Assembly: GCA_944364615.1 (NCBI GenBank) | Contig: CALVWF010000003.1 | Span: 26,428 to 90,427 of the forward strand | Origin: an uncultured Clostridia bacterium | Lineage (GTDB): Bacteria; Bacillota; Clostridia; Christensenellales; CAG-314 | Length of the DNA stretch: 64,000 bases | Reading direction: 5' to 3' | Shown here: positions 48,092 through 57,511 of the stretch, piece after piece | Numbering within the stretch: position 1 is the stretch's first letter | How the letters are laid out: each line of letters begins with the position of its first letter | Program-made: the position numbers and the translations under genes | Notes under the pieces: model-generated | Told to the model about the DNA's origin: nothing | The model's database searches: none | Seen by the model: only the letters and a program-made list of their open reading frames with translations

Positions 48092-49205
48092 GCCTGACAT
48101 TGTGTTGCTTGTTTGCGTTGCGGTGCTTACTGTTTGCGGATTGGTATTCGTTTACAGCGCAAGTTACTATTCTGCGCAACTGAGTTACGGAAACAAGTAT
48201 TTCTTTTTGTTTAAACAGTTGACGGGAGCCGTTATAGGAGCGGTTACTCTGACGGTTGCGTGCTTTGTCAATGTCGACGTTCTGCGCAAATTTGCATTGG
48301 CGGGAGTCATTGTGTCTGCAATACTTCTTGCTTTGGTGTTTGTTCCCGGACTGGGCGTGGAAAATTACGGAGCCAAAAGATGGGTGGGCATAGGCTCTTT
48401 CAGTTTTCAGCCCTCTGAAATTGCAAAGTTTGCATTCGTACTGTTTTCAGCCTGGTATATGAGTAGCCGTTACAGGCAAAAGTTTACTACGTATATTCCC
48501 GTCATCGCAGTGGGCGGAGCATTTTGTCTGCTTATAATTGCAGAACCGAACATGTCCGTCACAATGTGTATGGGTGCAGTAATGCTGTCAATGCTTTTTG
48601 TGGGCGGAATGAAACTGAAACACTTTGCGGCAATGCTTGTGCCGTGTATTGCGCTGGTCCCCGTTCTCATTCTTATGGAGCCTTACCGCATACAGAGATT
48701 GCTTGCTTTTCTTGATCCGTGGGCTTCTCCCAAGGATGAGGGATATCAACTGATACAGTCTCTTTATGCGCTGGGAAGCGGAGGATTTTTCGGAGTGGGA
48801 CTTTTTAACAGCAGACAGAAGTACAGGTTTCTTCCTTTTGCGGAAAGTGACTTTATCTTTTCGGTGATAGGAGAGGAAACGGGGGTCGCGGGCTGTCTTG
48901 TCGTCATATTGCTGTTTGCGATAGTTGTGTGGAGGGGCATAAGAATTGCAGTAAACGCACGTGACAGATTCCGTTGTTATCTTGCTGCGGGAATCACTTC
49001 GGTAATAGCCGTACAGGCTTTGATAAACTTTGCCGTTGTTACCGGGAGCATACCCCCAACGGGATTACCTTTGCCTTTTATAAGTTACGGAGGAACGTCA
49101 CTTGTGGTATTTCTTACCGCTGTCGGCGTACTTCTGGCAATATCAAGGGAAAACAACTGTAAAGACAACGTATTAAAGGGAGTTCAGGTTGAAATTCAGA
49201 ATTAA
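48078..49205 (+). CDS. ftsW: FtsW/RodA/SpoVE family peptidoglycan glycosyltransferase
   Basis: SEDS motifs QPSEIAKF, ESDFIFSVIGEE, PLPFISYGGTS. Confidence 0.9.
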   Translation: MKKGKPDIVLLVCVAVLTVCGLVFVYSASYYSAQLSYGNKYFFLFKQLTGAVIGAVTLTVACFVNVDVLRKFALAGVIVSAILLALVFVPGLGVENYGAKRWVGIGSFSFQPSEIAKFAFVLFSAWYMSSRYRQKFTTYIPVIAVGGAFCLLIIAEPNMSVTMCMGAVMLSMLFVGGMKLKHFAAMLVPCIALVPVLILMEPYRIQRLLAFLDPWASPKDEGYQLIQSLYALGSGGFFGVGLFNSRQKYRFLPFAESDFIFSVIGEETGVAGCLVVILLFAIVVWRGIRIAVNARDRFRCYLAAGITSVIAVQALINFAVVTGSIPPTGLPLPFISYGGTSLVVFLTAVGVLLAISRENNCKDNVLKGVQVEIQN

Positions 49206-50436
49206 CGGTGGCAAGTCACTGATTGGTGAAATGCCCGTCGGCGGTGCCAAAAACTGCGTTTTGCCCATGTTGGCTTGCAGTGTTCTTACGGAAGACACCG
49301 TGATAATTGAAAATTGTGAAAAAGTATCCGATGTGCTGGATATGGTGGATATTCTTGTTTCGTTGGGAGCGGAATCGGAATGGCAGGGCAACTCCGTCGT
49401 AATTAATTGTCGTCATCTTGACGGAGACATTGCTTGCGACAAGGTGGGCAAAATCAGAGCGTCGGTATTTTTGCTCGGACCGTTGTTTGCGCGGTACGGA
49501 TACGTCAATGCGTGCTTGCCCGGTGGCTGTGCAATAGGAAGCAGACCCATCGACATTCATCTTGACGGGCTCAGACGTCTGGGGGCAGAGGTTACGGTTG
49601 ACGATACCGTGTGTTGCAGAGGACAGGTGCACGGAAACGATGTTTATCTGCGTTTTCCCAGCGTGGGAGCGACGGAAAATCTGCTTATGTGCGCCAGTCT
49701 GTGCGAGGAAACTACGGTGTTGTACAACTGCGCATGCGAACCGGAAGTTACTGCGTTGGAAAAGATGCTTGTATCAATGGGAGCGGAGATTTACGGTATA
49801 GGCACACCGGTGGTTACAATAAGGGGAAGAAAAAAACTCCACGGAGTGCGCGTGCGTGCCATACCCGACAGAATCGTGGCATCCACTTATATTTTTGCCA
49901 CGCTTTGCGCCGGAGGGGATGTTTGGGTTACAGGTTGTAATCCGCGGCATTTTTCCCGTCTTAACCGGATGTTGAAGGACTGTACGGATACCTACCGTAC
50001 ATATTCCGATGCCGTACATATCGTAAAAAAGCATCGTCACAAAAGTACAGGTAATGTAATTACAGCGGTGTATCCGGGATTTGCCACCGACATGCAACCG
50101 TTGCTTGTCGCCGCAATGTGCACGGCAGATGGGAAAACAGCAGTAACGGAAAAATTGTTTGAAAATCGTCTGAAAGCCAATTCGCTTCAATTAAAAAGCA
50201 TGGGTGCCGACATCACGGTTAACGGCAATCGAGTGACTATAAACGGTGTAGCGAAACTGAAGGCTTCTGACAATTTGTGCGCAACCGACCTGAGGGGAGG
50301 GGCTGCGCTTGTAATTGCCGCTCTCGGAGCAGAAGGCGAAAGCACGGTAAATAATGCTCATCACATAGAGCGGGGGTATTTCCGCTTGCAGGATATATTG
50401 AAAAACGTAGGTGCAGACATCTCTGTTTGTGAATAA
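49189..50436 (+). CDS. murA: UDP-N-acetylglucosamine 1-carboxyvinyltransferase
   Basis: TTG start after AAGGGAG. PVGGAKNCVLPMLA. Catalytic Cys loop LPGGCAIGSRPID. Confidence 0.9.
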   Translation: MKFRINGGKSLIGEMPVGGAKNCVLPMLACSVLTEDTVIIENCEKVSDVLDMVDILVSLGAESEWQGNSVVINCRHLDGDIACDKVGKIRASVFLLGPLFARYGYVNACLPGGCAIGSRPIDIHLDGLRRLGAEVTVDDTVCCRGQVHGNDVYLRFPSVGATENLLMCASLCEETTVLYNCACEPEVTALEKMLVSMGAEIYGIGTPVVTIRGRKKLHGVRVRAIPDRIVASTYIFATLCAGGDVWVTGCNPRHFSRLNRMLKDCTDTYRTYSDAVHIVKKHRHKSTGNVITAVYPGFATDMQPLLVAAMCTADGKTAVTEKLFENRLKANSLQLKSMGADITVNGNRVTINGVAKLKASDNLCATDLRGGAALVIAALGAEGESTVNNAHHIERGYFRLQDILKNVGADISVCE

Positions 50437-50447
50437 CTCTATTTACG

Positions 50448-50475
50448 GCGACGGGCGAAAACCCGTCGCTTTTTT
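50448..50475 (+). terminator. intrinsic terminator after murA
   Basis: GCGACGGG-CGAAAA-CCCGTCGC followed by TTTTTT. Confidence 0.85.
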
Positions 50476-50604
50476 AAGTAATGTCTTAAAGAAAAAGCGC
50501 TTTTTGTAAAGTATAATCTGCATTGTACAGTTCGTGACTATTATATTTTAATTTATATATTATATTTGTTTGCGCCGTCAGAGCATATAAAAGCGGTATT
50601 TTTA

Positions 50605-50633
50605 TTGACTTGACGGATTAAAAGTTGTATAAT
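50605..50633 (+). promoter_or_regulatory. sigma-A type promoter of ftsQ-ftsA-ftsZ
   Basis: TTGACT, 17 nt, TATAAT. Confidence 0.7.
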
Positions 50634-50737
50634 TACTAGGTACTGTAAGCACTTTACGTATACAGGTGCGGGCAGTCTTTAAATTGCTTGTGACAGTTGT
50701 CTGTTTAAGACAACCGTCTTTGTTTAGCAGGAGAACA

Positions 50738-51526
50738 ATGAAGAACAAAAAATTTTTAATTTCAATATCCGTTTGCGTTGCCCTTATACTTGTAGTGGTG
50801 CTGTTTACGGTTTTGTTTTCCGTCAGTCATTGCAGGCTTGTGTTCCACAATGAAGACGGCGAACAGATTGCTACTCCTACGGACGGTCCTACTTCAAACG
50901 ACGTGCTGCACTACGCCAAAGGCGCAAATATATTTTTTATGTCCAAGGAAGATCTGCTTGCAAGTCTCAACGGCGATGAAAAGTTTGCCGATTGGCATGC
51001 TCTGAGCGTTGTAAAGAGTTTTCCCAACGTTGTGGAAGTTCATCTTGTAAGAAGAGTGGCGGTCTGCAGTTTGTTGGTAAACAGTCAGGTAGTGTATATC
51101 GACACATTCGGCTACGTAATGTCTGAAGATCCGTCAACCCCTACGATAGACATCACGTCTGCATTTTCAGGTAATATGTCCGGTATCGTCTGCGAAGCAG
51201 GCAAGAAGTTGCAGTTTACCTCTTCTTCCGACAACGTAAGACTTTCCTGTATTCTTGAAACGGTAAGCGCGGTATGGCAACTTAAATATGCTTTTAACGA
51301 CATTGCTCAGTTAGTAGACGAATTCAGTTTCGATTCTACTGCGGACAGCATGACAATCGTAACTTCCCACGGGGCGAAAATAGTTGTCGCTCAACCTACC
51401 TACCACCTTTCTGTAAGACTTATAAAGGCTTTCAGCGTGTATCAGAACGGCGGTACAGATATGCAATCTCCCGAAACGGTAATTCAGGTTACCGTCAAGG
51501 GCGAAATTTATACCGATAAAAAATAA
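50738..51526 (+). CDS. ftsQ: FtsQ/DivIB-type cell division protein
   Basis: The ATG at 50738 follows AGGAGA. N-terminal TM followed by a POTRA-like region. It lies directly before ftsA. Confidence 0.7.
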   Translation: MKNKKFLISISVCVALILVVVLFTVLFSVSHCRLVFHNEDGEQIATPTDGPTSNDVLHYAKGANIFFMSKEDLLASLNGDEKFADWHALSVVKSFPNVVEVHLVRRVAVCSLLVNSQVVYIDTFGYVMSEDPSTPTIDITSAFSGNMSGIVCEAGKKLQFTSSSDNVRLSCILETVSAVWQLKYAFNDIAQLVDEFSFDSTADSMTIVTSHGAKIVVAQPTYHLSVRLIKAFSVYQNGGTDMQSPETVIQVTVKGEIYTDKK

Positions 51527-51565
51527 ATTGCTTATGACGTAAATTAACGTCCGAAAGAGGTACTT

Positions 51566-52720
51566 ATGAAAAACAATTTTGTTGCCGTATTGGATTTCGG
51601 TTCAAGCAAAATAACTTGTATGGTCGCTTCACCCATCGAGCACGGCGAATTTCTTATCAAGGCTGTCGGGCAGTGCGCTTACAACGGATTTGACGAAACC
51701 AACTGGTACGAACCGGAAAAACTTACCGATTGTATCAGACAGGCAATCAGTCAGGCGGAAGGTAAAGTCGGTTTTAAGATCAGGCAGATATATGTAGGCG
51801 TTCCCGGCGCATTCAGTTCGCTGACGACAAGCGAGGCTTCATTGACTTTCCGTTCGAAAAAGAAAGTCGACAATGCCGATCTTGACGAACTGGTATCTAA
51901 GGCAAATATTTTTGACGATTATACGGACGGGGTGTTTGTCGGTTCCAATGCGGTATATTATCTGATGGACGGCGCAATAAAGGTGGACAATCCCGTAGGC
52001 TCCGTTGTCACAAAGGTTTCGGGACTTTTTTCCTTTTCCTTTATGAGCAAGGTTTTTGCACGCACGGTAAGAGACGCTCTCAATACGTTGGGTATCACCA
52101 AGGTTACCTATCTCAATGCGTGCGAGTGTCTTTCCAAATACATTTCCGCAATGTACAACAGACCTTCTCACAGCATCGTTATCGATATAGGACACATTAC
52201 TTCAAGCGTCATGCTGTCGGGCGGTAACGGTCTGGTGTTTTTAAAAACTTTTGCTTTGGGCAGCGGTTATCTTGCCAGCGACCTCAGTACCGTGCTGGAA
52301 TGCGATTTCGGAATGGCAATGCGGTTGTTGTCGGAGATAAATCTCAATCTGGAATTTCAGGTCGGTGACACTTACAGCGTAAACGGCGTTGTTGTGGACG
52401 CAGGTCAGGCAAACGAAATTGTCAAGGCTCGTATAGAGCAGATTGCCGATTACATCAAAAAATGTTTCGACTATTGCGACAGAGAAATTCCCCGCAATAC
52501 TCAGATATATCTTACAGGCGGCGGTCTTACTTATTTAAGAGGAGGCTGCGATTACCTTTCGGCATTACTTGGTAAACGTATAATAAAATACGACAGTGCA
52601 AATCCGCAGACTCGTCGTAATGAGTATACTTCTTGTTACGGACTTATCATGCAGGCATTGAAGGAAACTCCGGAAAAGCCAAAAGGACTGTTTTCATTCT
52701 TCAAAAAGTTAGGGGGTTAA
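51566..52720 (+). CDS. ftsA: cell division protein FtsA
   Basis: Actin-fold start VAVLDFGSSKITCMV, DIGHITSSV, YLTGGG. It precedes ftsZ. Confidence 0.9.
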   Translation: MKNNFVAVLDFGSSKITCMVASPIEHGEFLIKAVGQCAYNGFDETNWYEPEKLTDCIRQAISQAEGKVGFKIRQIYVGVPGAFSSLTTSEASLTFRSKKKVDNADLDELVSKANIFDDYTDGVFVGSNAVYYLMDGAIKVDNPVGSVVTKVSGLFSFSFMSKVFARTVRDALNTLGITKVTYLNACECLSKYISAMYNRPSHSIVIDIGHITSSVMLSGGNGLVFLKTFALGSGYLASDLSTVLECDFGMAMRLLSEINLNLEFQVGDTYSVNGVVVDAGQANEIVKARIEQIADYIKKCFDYCDREIPRNTQIYLTGGGLTYLRGGCDYLSALLGKRIIKYDSANPQTRRNEYTSCYGLIMQALKETPEKPKGLFSFFKKLGG

Positions 52721-52724
52721 ACAA

Positions 52725-53867
52725 ATGGAAAACCAAACATATTACAACAATGTCGCAAGAATAATGATAGTAGGTATAGGCGGCGGTGGCGGAAACGCTG
52801 TGGACAGCATGATGAAAGCCGGCATCCGCAACGTGGAATTTCTTGCATTGAATACAGATCAGCAGGCACTCAACAGGCTTTCCTGCAAGACGCTTGCAAT
52901 AGGCGAAAAACTTACAAAGGGACTGGGCGCAGGCGCTAATCCCGAAATCGGCAGAGAGGCTGCCGAAGAAAGCAGGGAAATCATCCAGAAAGAACTGGGA
53001 GATGTCGACCTGCTGTTTATTGCCGCAGGAATGGGCGGCGGTACCGGTACGGGTGCTGCTCCCGTAGTTGCAAATATAGCAAAGCAACTCGGAATACTTA
53101 CCATTGCGGTGGTGACGAAACCATTTAATTTTGAGGGAACTCACCGTATGAGAAATGCCGAAATGGGAATCAACAACCTCAAAGGCAACGTGGATGCATT
53201 GGTAATAGTGCAAAATGAAAAACTTAACCGCGACAAGAACTTTTCCATCATGGACGCATTTGTCAAAGCGGATGAAATTCTGTTGCAGGGCATAAGAGGC
53301 ATTACCGACATCGTATTGCAGAGCGGTCGCATCAATCTTGACCTTGCGGACGTAAAATGCGTAATGAAAGACAGCGGAATGGCGCACATGGGAATCGGTT
53401 CGGGCAAAGGCAAGAACAAGACAATAGACGCTATCAGAAAAGCAGTGTATTCGCCGTTGCTGGAAACGACCATACAGGGCGCTGCCGCCATAATTATAAA
53501 CATCAGGGGTGGTGACGACCTTACGTTGGACGAAGTTACCACCGGCGTCGATCTTGTAAAACAGGTTATCGACCCTGACGCAAATGTGCTGTTCGGTGTA
53601 GGATTTGACGAAACGTTGAAAGACGAAGTGCAGGTCACGCTTATTGCAACGGGATTTTCCGGTCATCCCAATGAAGGAAATCCGTCCTTCTTTACTAAGG
53701 AAGGCGGTATAACGGGCAGTAATTCCGTCGCGTCCGGTATCGTGCGCGAACCGTTGGACAGATCTGCCGCTACAAACGCCGAAAAGGAAAGCGGTTTTTC
53801 CGGCAATCTCAAGGTGGACGAGGATAAGAACATTCCTCCGTTCCTCCGCAAGATGCAAAACAAATAA
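52725..53867 (+). CDS. ftsZ: cell division protein FtsZ
   Basis: GIGGGGGNAV. Tubulin signature GMGGGTGTGAAP. C-terminal IPPFLRK peptide. Confidence 0.97.
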   Translation: MENQTYYNNVARIMIVGIGGGGGNAVDSMMKAGIRNVEFLALNTDQQALNRLSCKTLAIGEKLTKGLGAGANPEIGREAAEESREIIQKELGDVDLLFIAAGMGGGTGTGAAPVVANIAKQLGILTIAVVTKPFNFEGTHRMRNAEMGINNLKGNVDALVIVQNEKLNRDKNFSIMDAFVKADEILLQGIRGITDIVLQSGRINLDLADVKCVMKDSGMAHMGIGSGKGKNKTIDAIRKAVYSPLLETTIQGAAAIIINIRGGDDLTLDEVTTGVDLVKQVIDPDANVLFGVGFDETLKDEVQVTLIATGFSGHPNEGNPSFFTKEGGITGSNSVASGIVREPLDRSAATNAEKESGFSGNLKVDEDKNIPPFLRKMQNK

Positions 53868-53882
53868 AGAGGTAAATGATAT

Positions 53883-55277
53883 ATGCAACGATTGATGATA
53901 AAACAACTTTTTGCAGACATGGACAGTTACGGGGGTAAGACCGTTACTGTCTGCGGATGGTGTCGTACTATAAGAGCGTCAAATGTTTTCGGTTTTATCG
54001 AACTAAACGACGGAAGTTGTTTTAACAGTCTGCAGGTAGTTTTTGAGCAGAACATACTTGACAATTATGACGAAATTGCCCACCTCAACGTAGGCAGCGC
54101 ACTGTGCGTAACGGGTACGGTAGTGCTTACTCCCGACAACAAACAACCGCTGGAAATTAAGGCAACGTCCATTGAAATAGAGGGAAAATCCACTCCCGAT
54201 TACCCTTTGCAGAAGAAAAGACACTCTGTGGAATTTTTGCGCGAAATAGCGCACCTGCGTCCGCGTACAAATTTGTTCAACGCTACTATGAAAGTGCGTT
54301 CCGAGGCTGCTTTTGCATTGCACAGTTTCTTCAATTCCAACGGATTTGTGTATGTGCACACTCCGCTTATTACGACAAGCGACTGTGAAGGCGCGGGCGA
54401 AATGTTTCAGGTAACCACACTCGATCTTGAAAACATTCCCAAGACTGCCGACGGCAAGGTGGATTACACCAAGGACTTTTTCGGCAAACCTGCCAATCTT
54501 ACGGTTTCCGGTCAGTTGAATGCAGAAACGTACGCTATGGCGTTCGGAAAAGTATACACGTTCGGACCTACTTTCCGTGCGGAAAAATCCAACACCACAA
54601 GGCATGCCGCCGAATTCTGGATGATCGAACCGGAAATCGCTTTCGCCGATCTTTGTGACGACATGCAACTTGCCGAGGATATGATAAAGTACGTCATCAG
54701 ACACGTAATGAAAAATTGCGCGCAGGAAATAGAATTTTTCAATAACTTTGTAGACAAGGGACTTAAAGACCGTCTCAATGCGCTTACAAAAGCGGAATTT
54801 TCACGTATTACTTATACAAAAGCAATCGAATTGCTTATTCCTCACAATGCCGAGTTTGAATATCCCGTTCATTGGGGCAGTGACATACAGACGGAACACG
54901 AACGTTTCCTTACGGAAAAAATTTGTCACGGACCTGTATTTGTTACCGACTATCCCAAGGAAATCAAGTCTTTCTATATGCGCTTAAACGATGACGACAA
55001 GACCGTTGCCGCAATGGATATGCTTGTTCCGGGAGTGGGCGAACTTATAGGCGGAAGCCAGAGAGAGGAACGTCTTGACGTTTTGCTCAAACGTATGAAA
55101 AAATTGGGTCTTCGCGAACAGGATTACTGGTGGTACATCGAGTTGCGTAAGTACGGCGGAACAAAACACGCAGGTTTCGGACTCGGATTCGAACGACTGG
55201 TGATGTATCTCACGGGCATGTCCAATATAAGAGACGTGCTTCCTTTCCCACGTACGGTCGGAAATGCTCAATTCTGA
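53883..55277 (+). CDS. asnS: asparagine--tRNA ligase
   Basis: Class IIb synthetase: [30 protein letters not shown]. Confidence 0.93.
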   Translation: MQRLMIKQLFADMDSYGGKTVTVCGWCRTIRASNVFGFIELNDGSCFNSLQVVFEQNILDNYDEIAHLNVGSALCVTGTVVLTPDNKQPLEIKATSIEIEGKSTPDYPLQKKRHSVEFLREIAHLRPRTNLFNATMKVRSEAAFALHSFFNSNGFVYVHTPLITTSDCEGAGEMFQVTTLDLENIPKTADGKVDYTKDFFGKPANLTVSGQLNAETYAMAFGKVYTFGPTFRAEKSNTTRHAAEFWMIEPEIAFADLCDDMQLAEDMIKYVIRHVMKNCAQEIEFFNNFVDKGLKDRLNALTKAEFSRITYTKAIELLIPHNAEFEYPVHWGSDIQTEHERFLTEKICHGPVFVTDYPKEIKSFYMRLNDDDKTVAAMDMLVPGVGELIGGSQREERLDVLLKRMKKLGLREQDYWWYIELRKYGGTKHAGFGLGFERLVMYLTGMSNIRDVLPFPRTVGNAQF

Positions 55278-55295
55278 TAAACTTTCTGAAATTTA

Positions 55296-55329
55296 CGCAC
55301 AGACGCTTCGGTGTCTGTGTGTTTTTTTT
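55296..55329 (+). terminator. intrinsic terminator after asnS
   Basis: CACAGAC-GCTTCGGT-GTCTGTG followed by TGTTTTTTTT. Confidence 0.8.
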
Positions 55330-55401
55330 CGGCAAATAAATTTGCAATTACTGTTTAAATTTGTTCAAACGGAACAAAATATAGTTGTCAGGAGGTGCAA
55401 A

Positions 55402-55623
55402 ATGAAAACTACTAAATCTTCAAGCACTAACAGCACAAACACAAGAACATCGGATTGCAAATCAAAAGCATGCCGTAATTCCCATTCTTCCACTCAGAAG
55501 AACAAGAAGAGCGGCAAAAGCGCTTCTAACGAAAGTCAGTCCGACCCTTACGGGAGTTACACAGGTAATCCCGTAGGGCAGGGCAAGTACGCATTGCCCA
55601 TCCAAGATGCGGACGATCTTTAA
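55402..55623 (+). CDS. small Ser/Thr/Lys-rich protein (73 aa) with acidic C-terminal motif
   Basis: CAGGAGG lies 7 nt before the ATG at 55402, and a terminator follows directly. The C-terminus reads DPYGSYTGNPVGQGKYALPIQDADDL. Confidence 0.6.
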   Translation: MKTTKSSSTNSTNTRTSDCKSKACRNSHSSTQKNKKSGKSASNESQSDPYGSYTGNPVGQGKYALPIQDADDL

Positions 55624-55631
55624 ACGTCCAA

Positions 55632-55660
55632 AAACGTCCGTTGTTGCGGACGTTTTTTTT
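55632..55660. terminator. bidirectional intrinsic terminator
   Basis: AAAA-ACGTCCG-TTGTTG-CGGACGT-TTTTTTT. Confidence 0.85.
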
Positions 55661-55770
55661 AATTTGCGTCAAAACCCGTTACTTAGCGTGACGCAGTTGA
55701 GATATTTCTGCTGATTTCAATTACGGTTGTTTTAATCGGATTTTATCTGCCGTGAATATAAATTGAGTTG

Positions 55771-56016
55771 TCATTTCTTACCCTCTGGCGGACGGTGCTT
55801 TTTACAGCATCGGCAACTTACCGACAGCGTAGTGGAACATTTGTCGGTACGTAACGTCACGTGACCGCAATTTGTCCGATAGGTGTATTCACTGAACTGA
55901 CCGCAGGACGGTTGGCATCTGTCGTGATCGTGACAACCTTTATCGTGTTGCCTGTTTCCGCACACCGTATTGAGATAATCTTGCTGATTTATAAATTGTC
56001 TGTAACAGTATTTCAT
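55771..56016 (-). CDS. possible Cys/His-rich small protein (81 aa)
   Basis: ORF with 10 Cys and 6 His (CGNRQHDKGCHDHDRCQPSCG..CRCC). No Shine-Dalgarno precedes the ATG. It faces the bidirectional terminator. Confidence 0.3.
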   Translation of the reverse strand: MKYCYRQFINQQDYLNTVCGNRQHDKGCHDHDRCQPSCGQFSEYTYRTNCGHVTLRTDKCSTTLSVSCRCCKKHRPPEGKK

Positions 56017-56087
56017 ATTTTATATTATGAAAAACGCATTTTATGTGTTTATAGACTTGCTTTTTTATTGTTTTTTTTAAAAAGTAC

Positions 56088-56116
56088 TTGTAAACTTCGG
56101 TTTACTGTTATATAAT
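56088..56116 (+). promoter_or_regulatory. sigma-A type promoter of acpP
   Basis: TTGTAA, 17 nt, TATAAT. Confidence 0.65.
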
Positions 56117-56145
56117 ACAGTCAGTAAAATAGGAGGTTTGTGCAA

Positions 56146-56373
56146 ATGATTTTTGAACAGGTGCAAAAGTTGCTTGCGGAACAGTTGAACGTCGTACCGG
56201 AATCCATTACCCGCGAAACGAACATTGTAACCGACTTGCATGCTGACTCGCTTGACGTTGTAGAAATGCTTATGTCTTTGGAAGACCATTTCGGAATCAC
56301 CGTTCCCGACGAAGTTGCCAACGAACTGGTTACTGTCGGTGCAATCGTGGACTACATCGAAAAGGCTCAATAA
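56146..56373 (+). CDS. acpP: acyl carrier protein
   Basis: ATG at 56146 lies 9 nt after AGGAGG. Phosphopantetheine site LHADSLDVVEMLMSLE. Confidence 0.9.
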   Translation: MIFEQVQKLLAEQLNVVPESITRETNIVTDLHADSLDVVEMLMSLEDHFGITVPDEVANELVTVGAIVDYIEKAQ

Positions 56374-56386
56374 TACATTGAATTTT

Positions 56387-56418
56387 GCCCGAAGAGCGAT
56401 TTTCTTCGGGCTATTTTT
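56387..56418 (+). terminator. intrinsic terminator after acpP
   Basis: GCCCGAAG, 9-nt loop, CTTCGGGC followed by TATTTTT. Confidence 0.75.
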
Positions 56419-56484
56419 ATGTCGGTTGATGTCGTAAAATACGCACTGTAAATAAAATTCCGTAAATGTACATAAACTATCAGT

Positions 56485-57240
56485 ATGTACGAATTCACTC
56501 TCAGTTGCGACAAAATACATTCCAACTTCGCCGACTACGCACAGCGGTGTTGGGAGGAGGGAATAAAACAGGCGGGCGGAGCCATTGCGCGCATCGACAA
56601 TGACAGAAACTGCAATGTCGCGATAGCATGCGACAAACCTTATATAAAACAAATAAAGTCGCTTGTCATGGACACCGTAACGGAAATTCTTGCCGTCGGT
56701 TACAAAAATATTTATTTGCGCAAAGCATTGGGTATTACTAAAGACAATTTCGTGATAAATACTCTTATAAATACCATGTGCGCATTTGACAACAGTTTTG
56801 ACAAAGAGTGTATAAGAGCAGTTGTCAACATAGAGGACAGGGTCAATCTCGAAGGTTACTACAATTTCCGCATGGGAAAGGTAAAGGGGAAGTGGAAAGA
56901 GGTTGCCGAAATAACTTCGCGAAACGACCTGTTATTCAGCGGAAGCGCTTTTGCGGAAGAATTTTTAAGTTATCTTGTAGAGACCGTTCCGATAGGAATA
57001 AACAATCTGTCCGTTGTGCTTGACAAGAACGACTTTTCGCTGTTCGACAGCAACAATAAACTTATAGTTCCGGCAAGCACTCTTTATTCGCGTTCAACGG
57101 TGGAAGAAGAAGCAATGCTCAATATAATTTGTTTAAGACCCAAGCGCATACGACTGTATTGTGACAGATCGGGCGTCAACGGCGATTTTGTTCGTTTGGT
57201 TGAATCTTTGTTTGAAGTAAAAGAGGTGAAAAACAGTTGA
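56485..57240 (+). CDS. YtxC-like family protein (putative sporulation protein)
   Basis: 251 aa, immediately upstream of thrS, the position ytxC occupies in Bacillus. The call rests on position and size only. Confidence 0.45.
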   Translation: MYEFTLSCDKIHSNFADYAQRCWEEGIKQAGGAIARIDNDRNCNVAIACDKPYIKQIKSLVMDTVTEILAVGYKNIYLRKALGITKDNFVINTLINTMCAFDNSFDKECIRAVVNIEDRVNLEGYYNFRMGKVKGKWKEVAEITSRNDLLFSGSAFAEEFLSYLVETVPIGINNLSVVLDKNDFSLFDSNNKLIVPASTLYSRSTVEEEAMLNIICLRPKRIRLYCDRSGVNGDFVRLVESLFEVKEVKNS

Positions 57241-57265
57241 CAACCGTTATATTCGGTACTAAAAT
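57237..57265 (+). promoter_or_regulatory. sigma-A type promoter of the thrS leader
   Basis: TTGACA, 17 nt, TAAAAT. Confidence 0.7.
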
Positions 57266-57271
57266 ACAGTT

Positions 57272-57497
57272 GTAATATCCCGATGACGTCAAGACATGTT
57301 CGTTCGGGGGCAGTTTTTCAGAGAGTGACAGACGGTGTGATTGTCGCAGATTGTCCGGACGGGTACCACTTGACCGAGAGCGCAGTACGGCGTAACAGTG
57401 CAACTTAAAGAGGTCGGCCCGTGCCGGCAAATAAGGTGGAACCGCGGAAGTAATTTTCGTCCTTATGACTTTTCAGTCATAGGGATTTTTTTATATT
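57272..57497 (+). promoter_or_regulatory. T-box riboswitch leader (threonine)
   Basis: T-box sequence AAGGTGGAACCGCGG at 57433-57447. Terminator CCTTATGAC-TTTTCA-GTCATAGGG plus T7 at 57461-57492. AGAGA motif near the 5' end. Candidate specifier ACC followed by A at 57365-57368. The downstream gene is thrS. Confidence 0.85.
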
Positions 57498-57511
57498 TTA
57501 TCGGAGGAAAT

